Shown here: positions 36,896-48,619 of the stretch, one piece after another
How the letters are laid out: each line of letters starts with the position of its first letter
How positions within the stretch are numbered: the first letter of the stretch is position 1
Source: Octopus sinensis
Taxonomy: Eukaryota
Length of the DNA stretch: 64,000 bases
Assembly (NCBI RefSeq): GCF_006345805.1
Contig: NC_043001.1
Location: forward strand, 55,862,001 to 55,926,000
Reading direction: 5' to 3'
Translations under genes and position numbers: made by a program
Notes under the pieces: model-generated
What the model was told of the DNA's origin: nothing
Databases searched by the model: none
The model's input: only the letters and a program-made list of their open reading frames with translations

Positions 36896-39014
36896 TTTAA
36901 CATCGTAATTAGCTGTGAAATATTTTAAAATGTATCAACGCACAGTCTCATGTAACAGTTTATACATTCATGCCTGCTTTCTCTCACTTTAGCACTCATC
37001 AAACACACTTTATGTCTTTTAATTAAGACCTTTTACTTTAATATTTGGAGGGATTAATCAACGGAAATGCCTCTATGTCAGATACAGGCAGGGATTTCTG
37101 CAGATGGACAACCACCTGAGGCATGGGAGTTTTGCTCATGAATTTCCTCACTTATTTTGTGAATCACTTCAATGCAAAAATCAAGTATTAGCGCCAAGCT
37201 TCACAAAATGATTTCTCCTTCTATATTACAAGAAAGACATTCCTCTCCCTTGTTATTATCCCCATCATCCAATTCTATAGAGGAAAAAAAATTAATTCTA
37301 CTACTTCATTGCCAATGAACTTCTTATCCAATGCCATGTTGACTTAATGCTGAAATGCAATTTAAATTCCAAATAACTTTGTGATATATTTATACCTAAT
37401 GCTGCGTATCATGCATGTACATAAGCTCAATAACTAAAACAATCATTTACTACACTCCACTTGAACACGCAAATATATTAATTTGCATTTGTTTGAACAA
37501 GGAGGTGCTGATATCCGAGGAAACAACAAGGCACTTTTCAAAGTGTGATATTACACTCGTGAGTAAGCAAAAGTGCAATATTTTAGCAATAACACAGAAA
37601 AGGTTAAATAAAAGAGAAAACGTTTGTTCTATAATATAGTCTCTGGATAAAAAATATAAAATTTGGTATGGTCATGCCTGGAATACTTATGTCAGTCAGT
37701 ATGAAATGCACACTCAAGCATGTGTTTATGAACACATTCATATACTGCACACACAACTACATAGAAACACACAAAAAAAATGCACACTTGCATACACACA
37801 CATATACACATACATATAAACACAACCCATCACCACTGACTGATTTGATCAGTACTTTATTTTGTCAACCCAAGATGGATGAAACATGAAGTTGACCTTG
37901 ATAAAATTTTTGAATTCAGAATGCAAAATACCAGAACAAATACCACATAGCATTTGTTTGTTGCTCTGATGGTTCTGCATGACCAAAAGCAATAAAGAGT
38001 TAGATGCTGTTTGCATTACATAAACAGTACATAATGAGCACTCACCCATCACTCATACACACAGATATATTTATAATATATTTGTGTGTGTGTGTGTGAA
38101 TATACATATTCTTTTGTTTTTACATCAATTTGCTCATGCTAGAGTGGGTTAGAGGAATAAATTACTGAGGCCAGATAACCTTTTTGTCTTGAACTTGACT
38201 TGTTTTTCAAAGCTCAAAGCTAGCAGACAATTTGCTGATAACGAAAAATGATAACAATGCCACTGTCAGTAATTTTTAGAGAAATGCAAATTTACAACTG
38301 GTTTCTTTCAGTTCTTGCCTACCAAATGTATTTTCAAAAGGCTTTGACTGGGCCAGAGTTATGGGTATAAGTCTAGCTCAAAGTTGAACTTGAAACTATG
38401 TAATTGTGAAGTGAATTTCATAAGTACAGTCATACTTGAGTGCTATGTATGTATGTATGTATGTATCATTATAAACATCATTTAACAACTGTTTTCCATG
38501 CTGGCATGGGTTAGATAGCTTCACTAGAGCTGGTAAGGCCAGGAGTCACGCCAGGCTTCACTGACTGAAATGGCATGGTTCCTATAACTGGATATCCTTC
38601 CTAATGCCTACCACTCCATAAAGTATACTGGGTGCTTCTAATGTGGTGGCACCTGCACTTTATATGTTTGTGTGTGTGTATATATTATATATATATATAT
38701 AAAAACATACTGTGGACAAATGTTTTTCTCTTAACTTGGCAAGGAATAAAATTATGGATGGCAATGAACAATTTACAAACACATACACACGTACAAAAAA
38801 AATCTATGTAAGCTTCTGATGCCTTAAATGCTATGTTGAATTATTTCCCTTTGTTCACACTTTTCCTTTAATGATATATATCAGGGGCTTTCAGTTCATT
38901 TTATGTGTGACCTTGAATTTGAAGCACCATCGTGCTTCTACTATTCCAGATGATGTGGTAGAATATTTTCAAAGGAAAATTGGTGTTGTGCTATATTTTT
39001 TCTATCAAATATTC

Positions 39015-39760
39015 AACATGGTGAAAGCAAAACCAGCAATAAAAACAGAAATAAAAAAAAGAACTTATTTATAAATGAGAAACAAGCCACTTCAAGTGAG
39101 CTGAGTGTGGTATATGGATTGGCCAAATCTACATTTTGTACCTTTTTGAAGAAGGAAAATAAACTAAAAGTCTGATGGTAGTAAAAGTCATATGCAGGCT
39201 CAATAACATGTAGGCCTCATTTATGGATGAAATGGAAAATCTATTATTAATACAAGTGAAAGAAAAACAAATGGCTGGTGAGATTCAGTGTATCATTTAT
39301 TTGTGTAAATTATTTATTTGTGAATAAGCAAGTGGTTGCATGCTTTAAAAAATTATACACAAAGCATCTATTCAGTAATGTTTGGAAGTGACTCTGACAT
39401 TTAATGTGACAGTAAAAGTTTTGGAAAAAAATCACTTCCTTGCAGATGCTGTGTGCTTAATAGTGAAGCAATTGGGAGAACTTGAACTCTTCTTGGAGAG
39501 CATTGTGGTCTCATGTCTCTTCAATAAACTTACAAATATTTCAGAGAGTGTCATAAAATGTACAATTTCCTCAACTATAGTAGTTGAAAAAATTGTATGA
39601 AAGGGCAGTTCCAAGAATTTGGTGATGAATGAAAGGACCTAAGATATTTCATTGAAAAGTAGAGAAGTGAACCGTCCATTGGTGACCTGAAGGAGCTACA
39701 CCAAGAAGAGGCTGATTCCTCACAATAAGGACTGAATTCTGAAGGAGAGGATCAAAATAA
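39015..39760 (+). mobile_element. Tigger/pogo (CENP-B-like) transposase remnant with internal deletion
   Basis: Broken frames: ELSVVYGLAKSTFCTFLKKENKLK (HTH), MDEMENLLLIQVKEKQMAGE (CENP-B HTH), QVVACFKKLYTKHLF, FWKNHF-like block and acidic tail DLKELHQEEADS, in the order expected for Tigger transposases; the DDE core between them is missing; TIRs not found. Confidence 0.8.
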
Positions 39761-40404
39761 TAATACTAAAAAAAAGAGAACCATATTAGAACAGCTGAAT
39801 AAGGTGTTATATCTTTGGTGTGAGCCACAGGCTATGTAAGAACACACCAAACTCTTCAGAGGATGTGGAGTCAAGTATGAGCCATTTTTCTAACAGAGTG
39901 TTACAATATTTTTGAATTGCCCAGAACCTTGGTCCCCAAACTTTTTCAAAATTTTCATTCTACAGACCCCTTCCCATTTTTTTGCCCTCACCCCTTCCCC
40001 AAAATGAAAAAAATCAATCAAGACAAACAAAGCAAAATGACCTTGTATAAAATATGTACATATATATATAAGATGTTTTTCAAAGCATGGTAAGTCCTTA
40101 TACATGCAGAAGTTACTTTGAAATTGGTTAATTTTGTTTTACTTCAATATCCTCATTTTAGTCATTAAGTTGGACTTAGGTCAAATTTCTTACCATTGTA
40201 ATGCGTTGTAGCTACTTTAAAAAAGTTCAACTAAAAGTCGCTTGGTACTTTATGGAGAACAAACATCTTAATTCTGACAGCGCTCCTGGCTTGTCTTTTT
40301 ATTTGCTTATTAGGTTCCTACTTATTGATGCTTAATACAAACATAAAAAGTAAAATTAAGAATGAACTTATGATGATAAATATGTCAAGAATATAGATGT
40401 TCAT

Positions 40405-40650
40405 AGCATAGATTGGCATATTTTGGTCATATTATGTGCAGAAAATCCCCTGAGAAGGACATCATGCTTGGAATGGTCAGTGGCAAGAGAGGAAGAGGCC
40501 GACCAAGAACCTGCTGGCTTGTCACTATCAAAAGTGACACGAGAATGGCCATAGCCAGTCTGAAAGAAGTGACCCAGGATAGAACTGGCTGGAGAACACA
40601 TCCATCGAGTGACCGAGAGTTGACTTCAACTGAGCGGATAGATAGATAAA
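40405..40650 (+). mobile_element. RTE (BovB-like) LINE 3' fragment
   Basis: LAYFGHIMCRKSPEKDIMLGMVSGKRGRGRPRTCWLVTIKSD...DRTGWR, then an (ATAG)n tail. Confidence 0.9.
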
Positions 40651-40722
40651 CGTGTGATGACGAAAACAATTTGCAACCTCCTCATAAACCACTCTTGCAG
40701 ACTATGTCAGTGCCATGGCCAC

Positions 40723-41085
40723 TGTAACAGCCCAGAATATACCCCTGCCCAGACTATACCCCATGCTTACGGATGAATAACACAGATGTACCGCTCTTAT
40801 AAAAGTTGCCTCAGAACATATATAAAATTTAATATCAATTGATGAAGAATTAAAAGTTACATGTAACTTTTAATTCTTCATTGAGTGATATCATATTTTA
40901 TATATGTCCTGAGGCAACTTTTATAAGTGAAGTATGTCTGTGTTATTTGTCCGCAAGCATGAGGTATAGTCTGGCCTAGTTGTCTGGAAGGGGTATAGTC
41001 TGGGCTAGCCCAGACCAGCCTGGAGTATATAGCCCAGATTAGCTCTGGGTATAGTCTAGGCAGGAGTATATTCTGGGCTGTTACA
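40723..41085. mobile_element. Fold-back (palindromic) MITE with TGT...ACA ends
   Basis: tgtaacagcccagaatatac / gtatattctgggctgttaca; spacerless centre gttacatgtaac at 40856-40867; extra gggtatagtctg repeats in the right arm. Confidence 0.85.
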
Positions 41086-42719
41086 CTGCCAATTTTTAAT
41101 GTCGTTTAGACTTGTTGCACCCATACCCCTGTACTGATTGATAAAGCTGCAGAGAGACGCCTGCATTCAAGTATGTGTGTGTACACCCTGTGTGCGTGGC
41201 TTCAAATGCATTCTATCTGTAAATTTTTATTAACATGTAAATTAGGGGTTCTGTGTATTGTGTGCATGTTCAATGATTCCAGTTTTAGCTAAAACTGGAA
41301 AACTTAAGGTTTTGAACATTATAAATCTTAAAATTGTTGATCCCTTCGCAGACCCCCTAAAATCGCTTTGCAGACCCCAGTTTGGGAACCAAGGGCCTAG
41401 AAGAATAGCCTGTGGCAATCTAGTTTGGATATTTTCCTTAAATAATGGACCAAAAACTTTCAAATTTTCTGCTTGTTTTCAGTAAGAAGTAAAAAACCAA
41501 GATGATTCTTTTGCAGAAAAAATGTACTACTCTAGAAAAACCTAAAGTAGGATGATAACTCTTCTTCTACCCTCCCAGCATCTTGTTGACCTCCACTTTG
41601 GGTAAACAGCCTGTCAAATGCACACAAGAGATAGAAGAATGATTATGATTTTTAAAATTCTTAATCTAAATTTTTTTCTTTAAATTATTAATTTGCTTAT
41701 TTCGACACACAAAAGTCATGGTGAATTATTTCCCATGGTTCACATCCCACCGATTGAAACTTCACATGAGGTTAATTAAATGATTAATTATTATTTTAAC
41801 AGATTTTTTTGAAATGATATTCATTCATCAAGTAATAATATCAGAATATTTTATAATTGTTTATTATAATATCCATTAGCTTTTATAACTTCTCAAAAGA
41901 GAGCTTTAAAATAATAAAAAATTTTAAAATTTGTAACACTTTTTCTTTATGAATTGTGCAATATTTAAAAAAAATTGTACAAATACTACATAATTTCAAT
42001 ACACACTGAAGTTTTAAAGATAATTTGAGTTTTATTCATTCTTAAAGAGATGATTTGCTTGTATACTTATGATACCGAGTGAGGTTTTGAACAAACTGTC
42101 CCTAAACACAACTGGTGTAGTAACAAAATGTCTACACAACACACACATATATATATAGTTATATGTACATACATCCACACATACACACAGATACATGCAG
42201 ATATACAAATAGATATATAAGAATAGGTGTGTGTGTGTGTGTGTGTGTATACATATATGTAAATTTATATCATCAAGTACTGGGAATTGTATACAATACA
42301 GGCAATTATCTTAATAGCACTCTAGCTTATAATTGGCTAACAGAGTACTCGGAGGAATACCAATGACACTCTCTATCCATCAGTCAGTCAATAAAACAAA
42401 CAATGCAATATTAACTACTTAATTTATGATATTAAGCACAGTGTAAATTCATTGTATTTAACAACAATATGATGCACATTTATTGATGTGAAAAATTCAA
42501 TAATAAAAGAATACAAATAGAGATATTGCTCACATTATGTAATGAATGTTTCCATAGAGTGGTTATAAATTTGCTCAAAAATGTATTACATCATATTATT
42601 ATGTAATAATTTGTTATAATATGATGTAGTACATCACTGAGAAAATAAATAACCATTGTGTATACATACATACAACACACACACACATATATATATATAT
42701 ACCTTACAACTTCACTTTG

Positions 42720-42722
42720 TTA

Positions 42723-42759
<37 letters not shown>

Positions 42760-42783
42760 ATAAATATAAATATATAAATATAT

Positions 42784-42816
<33 letters not shown>

Positions 42817-42865
42817 ATATATATAAATATATAAATATATATAAATATATATAAATATAATATAA

Positions 42866-42918
<53 letters not shown>

Positions 42919-42953
42919 TATATATTATATATATATATATATATATATTATAT

Positions 42954-43027
<74 letters not shown>

Positions 43028-43045
43028 ATATATATATATATATAT
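42720..43045. repeat. ~325 bp almost pure A/T (TA)n/(TAAA) tract
   Basis: Direct reading. Confidence 0.95.
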
Positions 43046-43236
43046 AATTCACCATGATAGATCGTTAGCCACAACACACATTTTTTCTCTCCTTGTTTTT
43101 TCTGTGTCCCTTTCTGTAGAAGAGTGTAGGCTCGAAACATAAAAGACTTTTTCTATTCCTGAGCGTTATACTAATATATCTGTTTGTTTTGTACACCACC
43201 TGTCTTCGTCTTTTGCTTTTTTTGTAAACTCTCCCT
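43046..43236 (+). mobile_element. Short Penelope-type terminal fragment inserted in (TA)n, with a hammerhead-like motif
   Basis: TA runs on both sides; ctgtaga-a-gagt-gtag-gctc-gaaac at 43114-43138. Family assignment is inferred from the motif. Confidence 0.5.
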
Positions 43237-43519
43237 ATATATATATATACACACACACAAATATATATGTGTTACAAAATAGGAAGTGTGAGACTAGTCA
43301 GTTGTAAATTTATACAGAGTAACTTTACGTTACAGAGAGGAATGTATAATTTCCTGTGATACAGACTGCCTCATGGTACCAGCAGACAGAATGGAAAAGC
43401 TTTTTCCCGGAGGATGACGAAGTAGATATGCTGAAACAGCCACATTGAATCATGAGGCTCACACTTGCTGATCACACAGACATTTGCTGTGCTTGAGAAG
43501 GCCCTTCCAGCAAAATAAA

Positions 43520-44670
43520 ATCAAGCCTATACATGCTGGGCAGTACTCTGATATAATTGGAAGCTATGGCTTTGGTTCTAGAAATGAGGAGGAAACAAGG
43601 CTGTTGGAATTCTATGGAGCAAATGACCAGATGATCTGCAACACTAACTTCGAGAAACCGGGTAGGATTTCACCAGAGCTCAGTTTTCAGTCCCTGCTAT
43701 ATTCATCATAATACTCCAGAATATTACAGAGGAGTTTAAGACAATCTGCTGGTAAGAACTGCAATATACTCATGACATCTTATAGAATTTGAAAAGAAAT
43801 TTCACTTGTGAAATTTAAACCTGGAATCAAGGGCTTCAAAGTTAACTTAGCAAAGACTAAAAATTTAGAGGTAGGAAAACAGTCAGGACTCTTCTTCCAT
43901 CAGTGAAATGACCTTGCTCAACAAGAAGAAAACAAGTAGGTATAAATCCCGTGGACATAGTATGTAAACTATGGGTATACTAGAGGTGCAATGCCTAACA
44001 AAGAAAGTTAATAGAAAAATGTACATGAGTAATAAACACCTAGAACACATCGGAAATAGATTTTTTCAGATGTTCAACAGGACTCTTAAAGGTAGTAGAT
44101 AACTTTTGTTACATAGGTGATTTAATTAGCAATAGAGAAAGTTGTTTTGAAATTATAGAAGCTAGAATATGAACAGAAAATTTTGGGAACTATTACCTTT
44201 ACTGGTAACAAAAGATTTCTCTGTCAGTGAGAAAGGCAGATTGTATGATGTTTGTGTATGAATACAGTATTACATGGTAGTGAGATATGTGCTTTGAATG
44301 CAGAGGATATGTGAAGAGCAGAAAAACAATGAAGCTAGCATGCTACACTAGATGTAGTAAGTCAGTTTGCATGAATGGCTAAGTACAATTGTGTTGAGAG
44401 AAAATTTAGACCAAAGGCAAAAAGAAAAAAAGAAAAAAGAATCAGATGTAGTATATGTATATGGATGAGGACAGCTGTACAAAAAAGGGCCAATCTTTTA
44501 ATGAGAAGAGAGCTTGTAGGAGAAGGAGACCCAGGAAGACATGGGGCGAAGTAATGAAAGCTGATCTCATGACTTTGAACCTCACAGAGGACAGAACAAA
44601 AGATTGGGACTACAGGCAATAATGTGGTGCTTGAGAAGACCCACCCATCTGGGTAAAACCGATGTTCTGA
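43520..44670 (+). mobile_element. Internally deleted RTE-type LINE (endonuclease end plus ORF2 C-terminus)
   Basis: GSYGFGSRNEEETRLLEFYGANDQMICNTNFEKP (APE C-terminus); CKLWVY*RC; LKVVDNFCYIGDLIS; FWELLPLLVTK..GRLYDVCV; RRPRKTWGEVMKADL; multiple stops and frameshifts. Confidence 0.85.
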
Positions 44671-45944
44671 AAGCATTATGTGCAAAAATGCAACTGGGCC
44701 CTTCACCACCATCCTCCTATTTCTATATCACTGCTCCCTCTGTCACTTGCCTAATGGCAGTATTCTGCAGTTTTAATTAAATAAGAGAATGACATATTTC
44801 ATCATTATTCAGTTCTCTGTCTGAACTCACTTCACTTGACATCCATCCTTCATTTGTAATATTGTCCCACTCCACTCATATTTCACATTGCTCACACCTC
44901 TATGCAACCAAATTATCATTCCCCTTCACTGAAACATTTCCTGTTGACTTCCTTCTGTCACCAGACATCACACACTTTTCTCCACACTCCTGCATCCTAC
45001 CCACCTGCACATCAATCCCTTTCCACTCAGAAACCAGAAAATGTATCTTAGTCCAATGTCTACTTTGATGTGGTTTCTATATCTGGATGCACCTCCTAAC
45101 ACCAACTACTTTACAGAGTGCACCAGCACAAGTAAAGGTCACCAAGAAACTTGCAAGACAAAGAAAAAGAAGAAGCTTCTGGGAGGGAGGTGGGTTTATG
45201 AGACTAAAGCATGTCACTACTTTATATATTGTAAGGCCCAAATGTCTTGCGATAGAAGAGATACATGGCTTCCTTGCACTGTATAGGAGTTGGAAGAAGT
45301 AGCTGGAAGGAAGATAGAGATGTTGGTGATGGAGGTATGGAAATACATGGCTATCTTATATCTACCTTCTTGTATTGTCAAAGTACAAGAAGGTGAATAT
45401 AAGAGATAAGAACTGAGGATAGGGAGCTGTAGGTGGATAAGTTCACAGCTTGGGTGAGGTGAGAAATAGGTAGTTAGGGACAGGGGTATAGGTTAATGTT
45501 GTGAATGATGTACAAAGGTGGGGAGTGGTTGGTGGTAAATATCAGTGAGAAGGGTGAAGTAAAAGAAATAGCTCAAGAAAGCGAAGGTGATAAGTGGTAA
45601 TAGACAAGGGGCTGGAGAGAATATATCTATGCATGTGTATATATACATACATACATGCATACACACACACGAGCATATTTACATACCCATATACAAATGT
45701 ATGAGAAATTCATGGTGTGGAGTAGGTATAGGACTAGAGGAGGAGGGTACTGAGTAGTTGGGAAGTTTGATAGTGTTATGAGTGATGAGAAGTAAATGTG
45801 AGAGGGGGGTGAGGGGTGGTGCAAAGGGTATGTGTAAGTGTGCGTATGCTCGTGTGTGTGTGTGTGTGTGTGTTTTTTTCTGGGACATAGAGAAGGGCCA
45901 GAGTGGGGGAAGGTTATCTTTTGCAAACAAAAGAGAAGCTGTCA

Positions 45945-46012
45945 AGTTGTCAAAGTTTGTTTTATATCAATTTTGGTTGTTGAAAGAGATATATGTATGC
46001 TGTATGTATATA

Positions 46013-46063
<51 letters not shown>

Positions 46064-46082
46064 GTATGAATATATATGCATA

Positions 46083-46148
<66 letters not shown>

Positions 46149-46169
46149 TATGAATATATATGCATATGC

Positions 46170-46210
<41 letters not shown>

Positions 46211-46270
46211 TATATATATACACATAGCATTTACATATATACATATGCACACACACACATATGGGCATTT
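45945..46270 (+). repeat. (TA)n-rich compound tract
   Basis: Direct reading. Confidence 0.9.
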
Positions 46271-46920
46271 ATATATATATGTATGTATCTGTTGCTTCAG
46301 CTAAATATCAATAAAAATATACATACACTCATATTTTGAGTTCTATTTTTCCTCTTTGCATCACCACACACGCACACACACACACACATACATGCACATA
46401 TATATATATCAGTATATACATACATGCATCATGTATGTATGTACTTATAAATTCACATAATAGGTGCAAGCATGGCTGTGTGGTTAAAGTGTTTGCTTCA
46501 CAAACTTGTTTCGAGTTAGGTTCCAATGCACAGATCCCTGGGTAAGAGACTTGTACTAAAACCTAAGTCTAAAACATGGTTTTTGAATGAATTTGGTAGA
46601 CAGAAACTACAGAAAATTATCATGTATGTATATATGTTTGTGAGTGTGTCTGTGTGTGTCTGTGTGTCTATGAGTGTGTGTGCATGCATGTGCTTGCATT
46701 TGCATGTGCACATGTATATGCAAGAATGTTCCTATTTCTCAATTTGTCATTATTTGAACAAAACAGTGATGAAGCTGCAATTTGTCATTGAGAGCATAAC
46801 TGCCAGCATTGAACATTTAAAAACCTTTACTTCAATTATCTGGCAAATGCTAGTGACCAGAAATATCACCAACATTTCTCTGATAAAGTAAAAGTTTTCA
46901 AAATATAATATATATATATA

Positions 46921-47228
46921 TAGGTTTAAGAGACAGAATCACCCTCAAGCAACTCAATCATCATTGACTATCATTATCCACAATAGGTACATATAGGACT
47001 AAATATTAAAATTATCATAATTAATACCTAAAATTCTTATTCTAAATTATCAAAATTAATACCTTCAATTCTGTTTACAAATCATATACTTTACTTTGAT
47101 AATTTGGAATAAGAATTGTAGGTATTGATTATGATAATTTTAATATTTAGTCCTATACGTACCTATTGTGGATATTGTCAGTCAATGATGATTGAGTTGC
47201 TTGAGGGTGATTCTGTCTCTTAAACCTA
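46921..47228. mobile_element. Fold-back element with 134-bp inverted arms in (TA)n
   Basis: Arms 46921-47054 and 47095-47228, 7 mismatches by eye, 40-bp spacer; TA runs on both sides. Confidence 0.85.
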
Positions 47229-47367
47229 TTTATATATATATACGTATGTATGTATATAATACAGTGAGTCATTCATTTTAGTACCACTAAATTGAACATC
47301 TTTCCCCTGTGGACTCAGAAATAACTTCCCTAATATTAATATTAATTATATATATATATATATATTA

Positions 47368-47538
47368 GGCGCAGGAGTGGCTGTGTGGTAAGTAGCTTGC
47401 TAACCAACCACATGGTTCCGGGTTCAGTCCCACTGCGTGGCATCTTGGGCAAGTGTCTTCTGCTATAGCCTCGGGCCGACCAATGCCTTGTGAGTGGATT
47501 TGGTAGACGGAAACTGAAAGAAGCCTGTCGTATATATG

Positions 47539-47569
<31 letters not shown>

Positions 47570-47784
47570 TTGTGTGTCTGTGTTTGTCCCCCTAGCATTG
47601 CTTGACAACCGATGCTGGTGTTTACGTCCCCGTCACTTAGCGGTTCGGCAAAAGAGACCGATAGAATAAGTACTGGGCTTACAAAGAATAAGACCCGGGG
47701 TCGATTTGCTCGACTAAAGGCGGTGCTCCAGCATGGCCGCAGTCAAATGACTGAAACAAGTAAAAGAGTAAAAGAGTAAAAGAG
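47368..47784 (+). mobile_element. SINE family A, best preserved copy
   Basis: ggcgcaggagtggctgtgtggtaag (A box), ggttcagtccc (B box), atcttgggcaagtgtc CORE-like block, CpGs retained, tail (gtaaaaga)n. Confidence 0.92.
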
Positions 47785-47802
47785 TATATATATATATATA
47801 TA

Positions 47803-48197
47803 TGACTGTGCAGTAAGAAGCTTGCTACCCAACCACATGGTTCTAGGTTCAGTCCCATTGTGTGGCACCCTCGGTACAACCAAAGCTTTGTGAGTGGATT
47901 TAGTAGGAGGAAATTGGAAGAAGCTCGTTGTGTACATATATATATATTTGTATATTTATGTGTGTGTGTGTGTGTGTGTGTCTTTCTGTCTGTGTTTGCC
48001 CCTTTCCATTGCTTGACAACTGATATTGGAATGTTTACAACCTTGTAACTTAACAGTTTGGCAAAAGGAACCGATAAAAATAAGTACTATGCTAACAAAG
48101 AATAAGTCCTGGAGCCAATTTCTTTGACTAGAAAAAATAACTTTAAGATGGTGCTCCAGGATTGTCGCAGTCAAATAACTGAAACAAGTAAGAGAAA
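47803..48197 (+). mobile_element. SINE family A, older copy directly downstream
   Basis: Same structure, more diverged. Confidence 0.85.
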
Positions 48198-48204
48198 TTA
48201 TAAT

Positions 48205-48350
<146 letters not shown>

Positions 48351-48358
48351 ATATATAT

Positions 48359-48575
48359 TATGGCTGCCCTCTTGTTATCGAGTATGGCCATTGCACGAAG
48401 CTTAACTGTTACTGGTGCTGTGATCGAATGTGACTTTTTAGCCCAGCCAAAGATCTACAATGTCTTGTACAAAATTGGCAACTAAAACCTTTACCGGTAA
48501 TAGCCGGCTGTAGTTGTGACTGGGCTTCATGTACCTTTGCTTGCCGAATTACACTCTCTTCCACATGCCCGACAG
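48359..48575 (-). mobile_element. 3' end of an RTE-X-like LINE with terminal C2H2 finger
   Basis: VEESVIRQAKVHE...GFSCQFCTRHCRSLAGLKSHIRSQHQ*, short UTR, then (TA)n; a terminal C..C.R.C.S..GL.SH...H finger is typical of RTE-X ORF2. Confidence 0.7.
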
Positions 48576-48619
48576 ATATATATATATATATATATAAACA
48601 CACATACATACAAGTGAGT

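Larger units (their letters stand above)
39927..41394. mobile_element. Non-autonomous hAT (Charlie-like) element with nested insertions
   Basis: TIRs ccttggtccccaaact / agtttgggaaccaagg; 8-bp TSD gcccagaa (39919-39926) vs gcctagaa (41395-41402), 7/8 match. Confidence 0.85.

Noticed and set aside
38930-38990. STIPDDVVEYFQRKIG, faintly like the TAF10 TIPD motif
   Set aside because: Too short, no supporting flanks or good donor, and adjacent to the Tigger remnant; likely chance.
47368-47440. tRNA gene at SINE heads (also 23441 and 28362)
   Set aside because: A/B-box-like motifs continue into SINE bodies; no complete cloverleaf or Pol III terminator is evident.
48409-48609. Host C2H2 zinc-finger gene
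   Set aside because: Single atypical finger at the end of a truncated frame followed by a short UTR and TA tail; better explained as an RTE-X LINE terminus.
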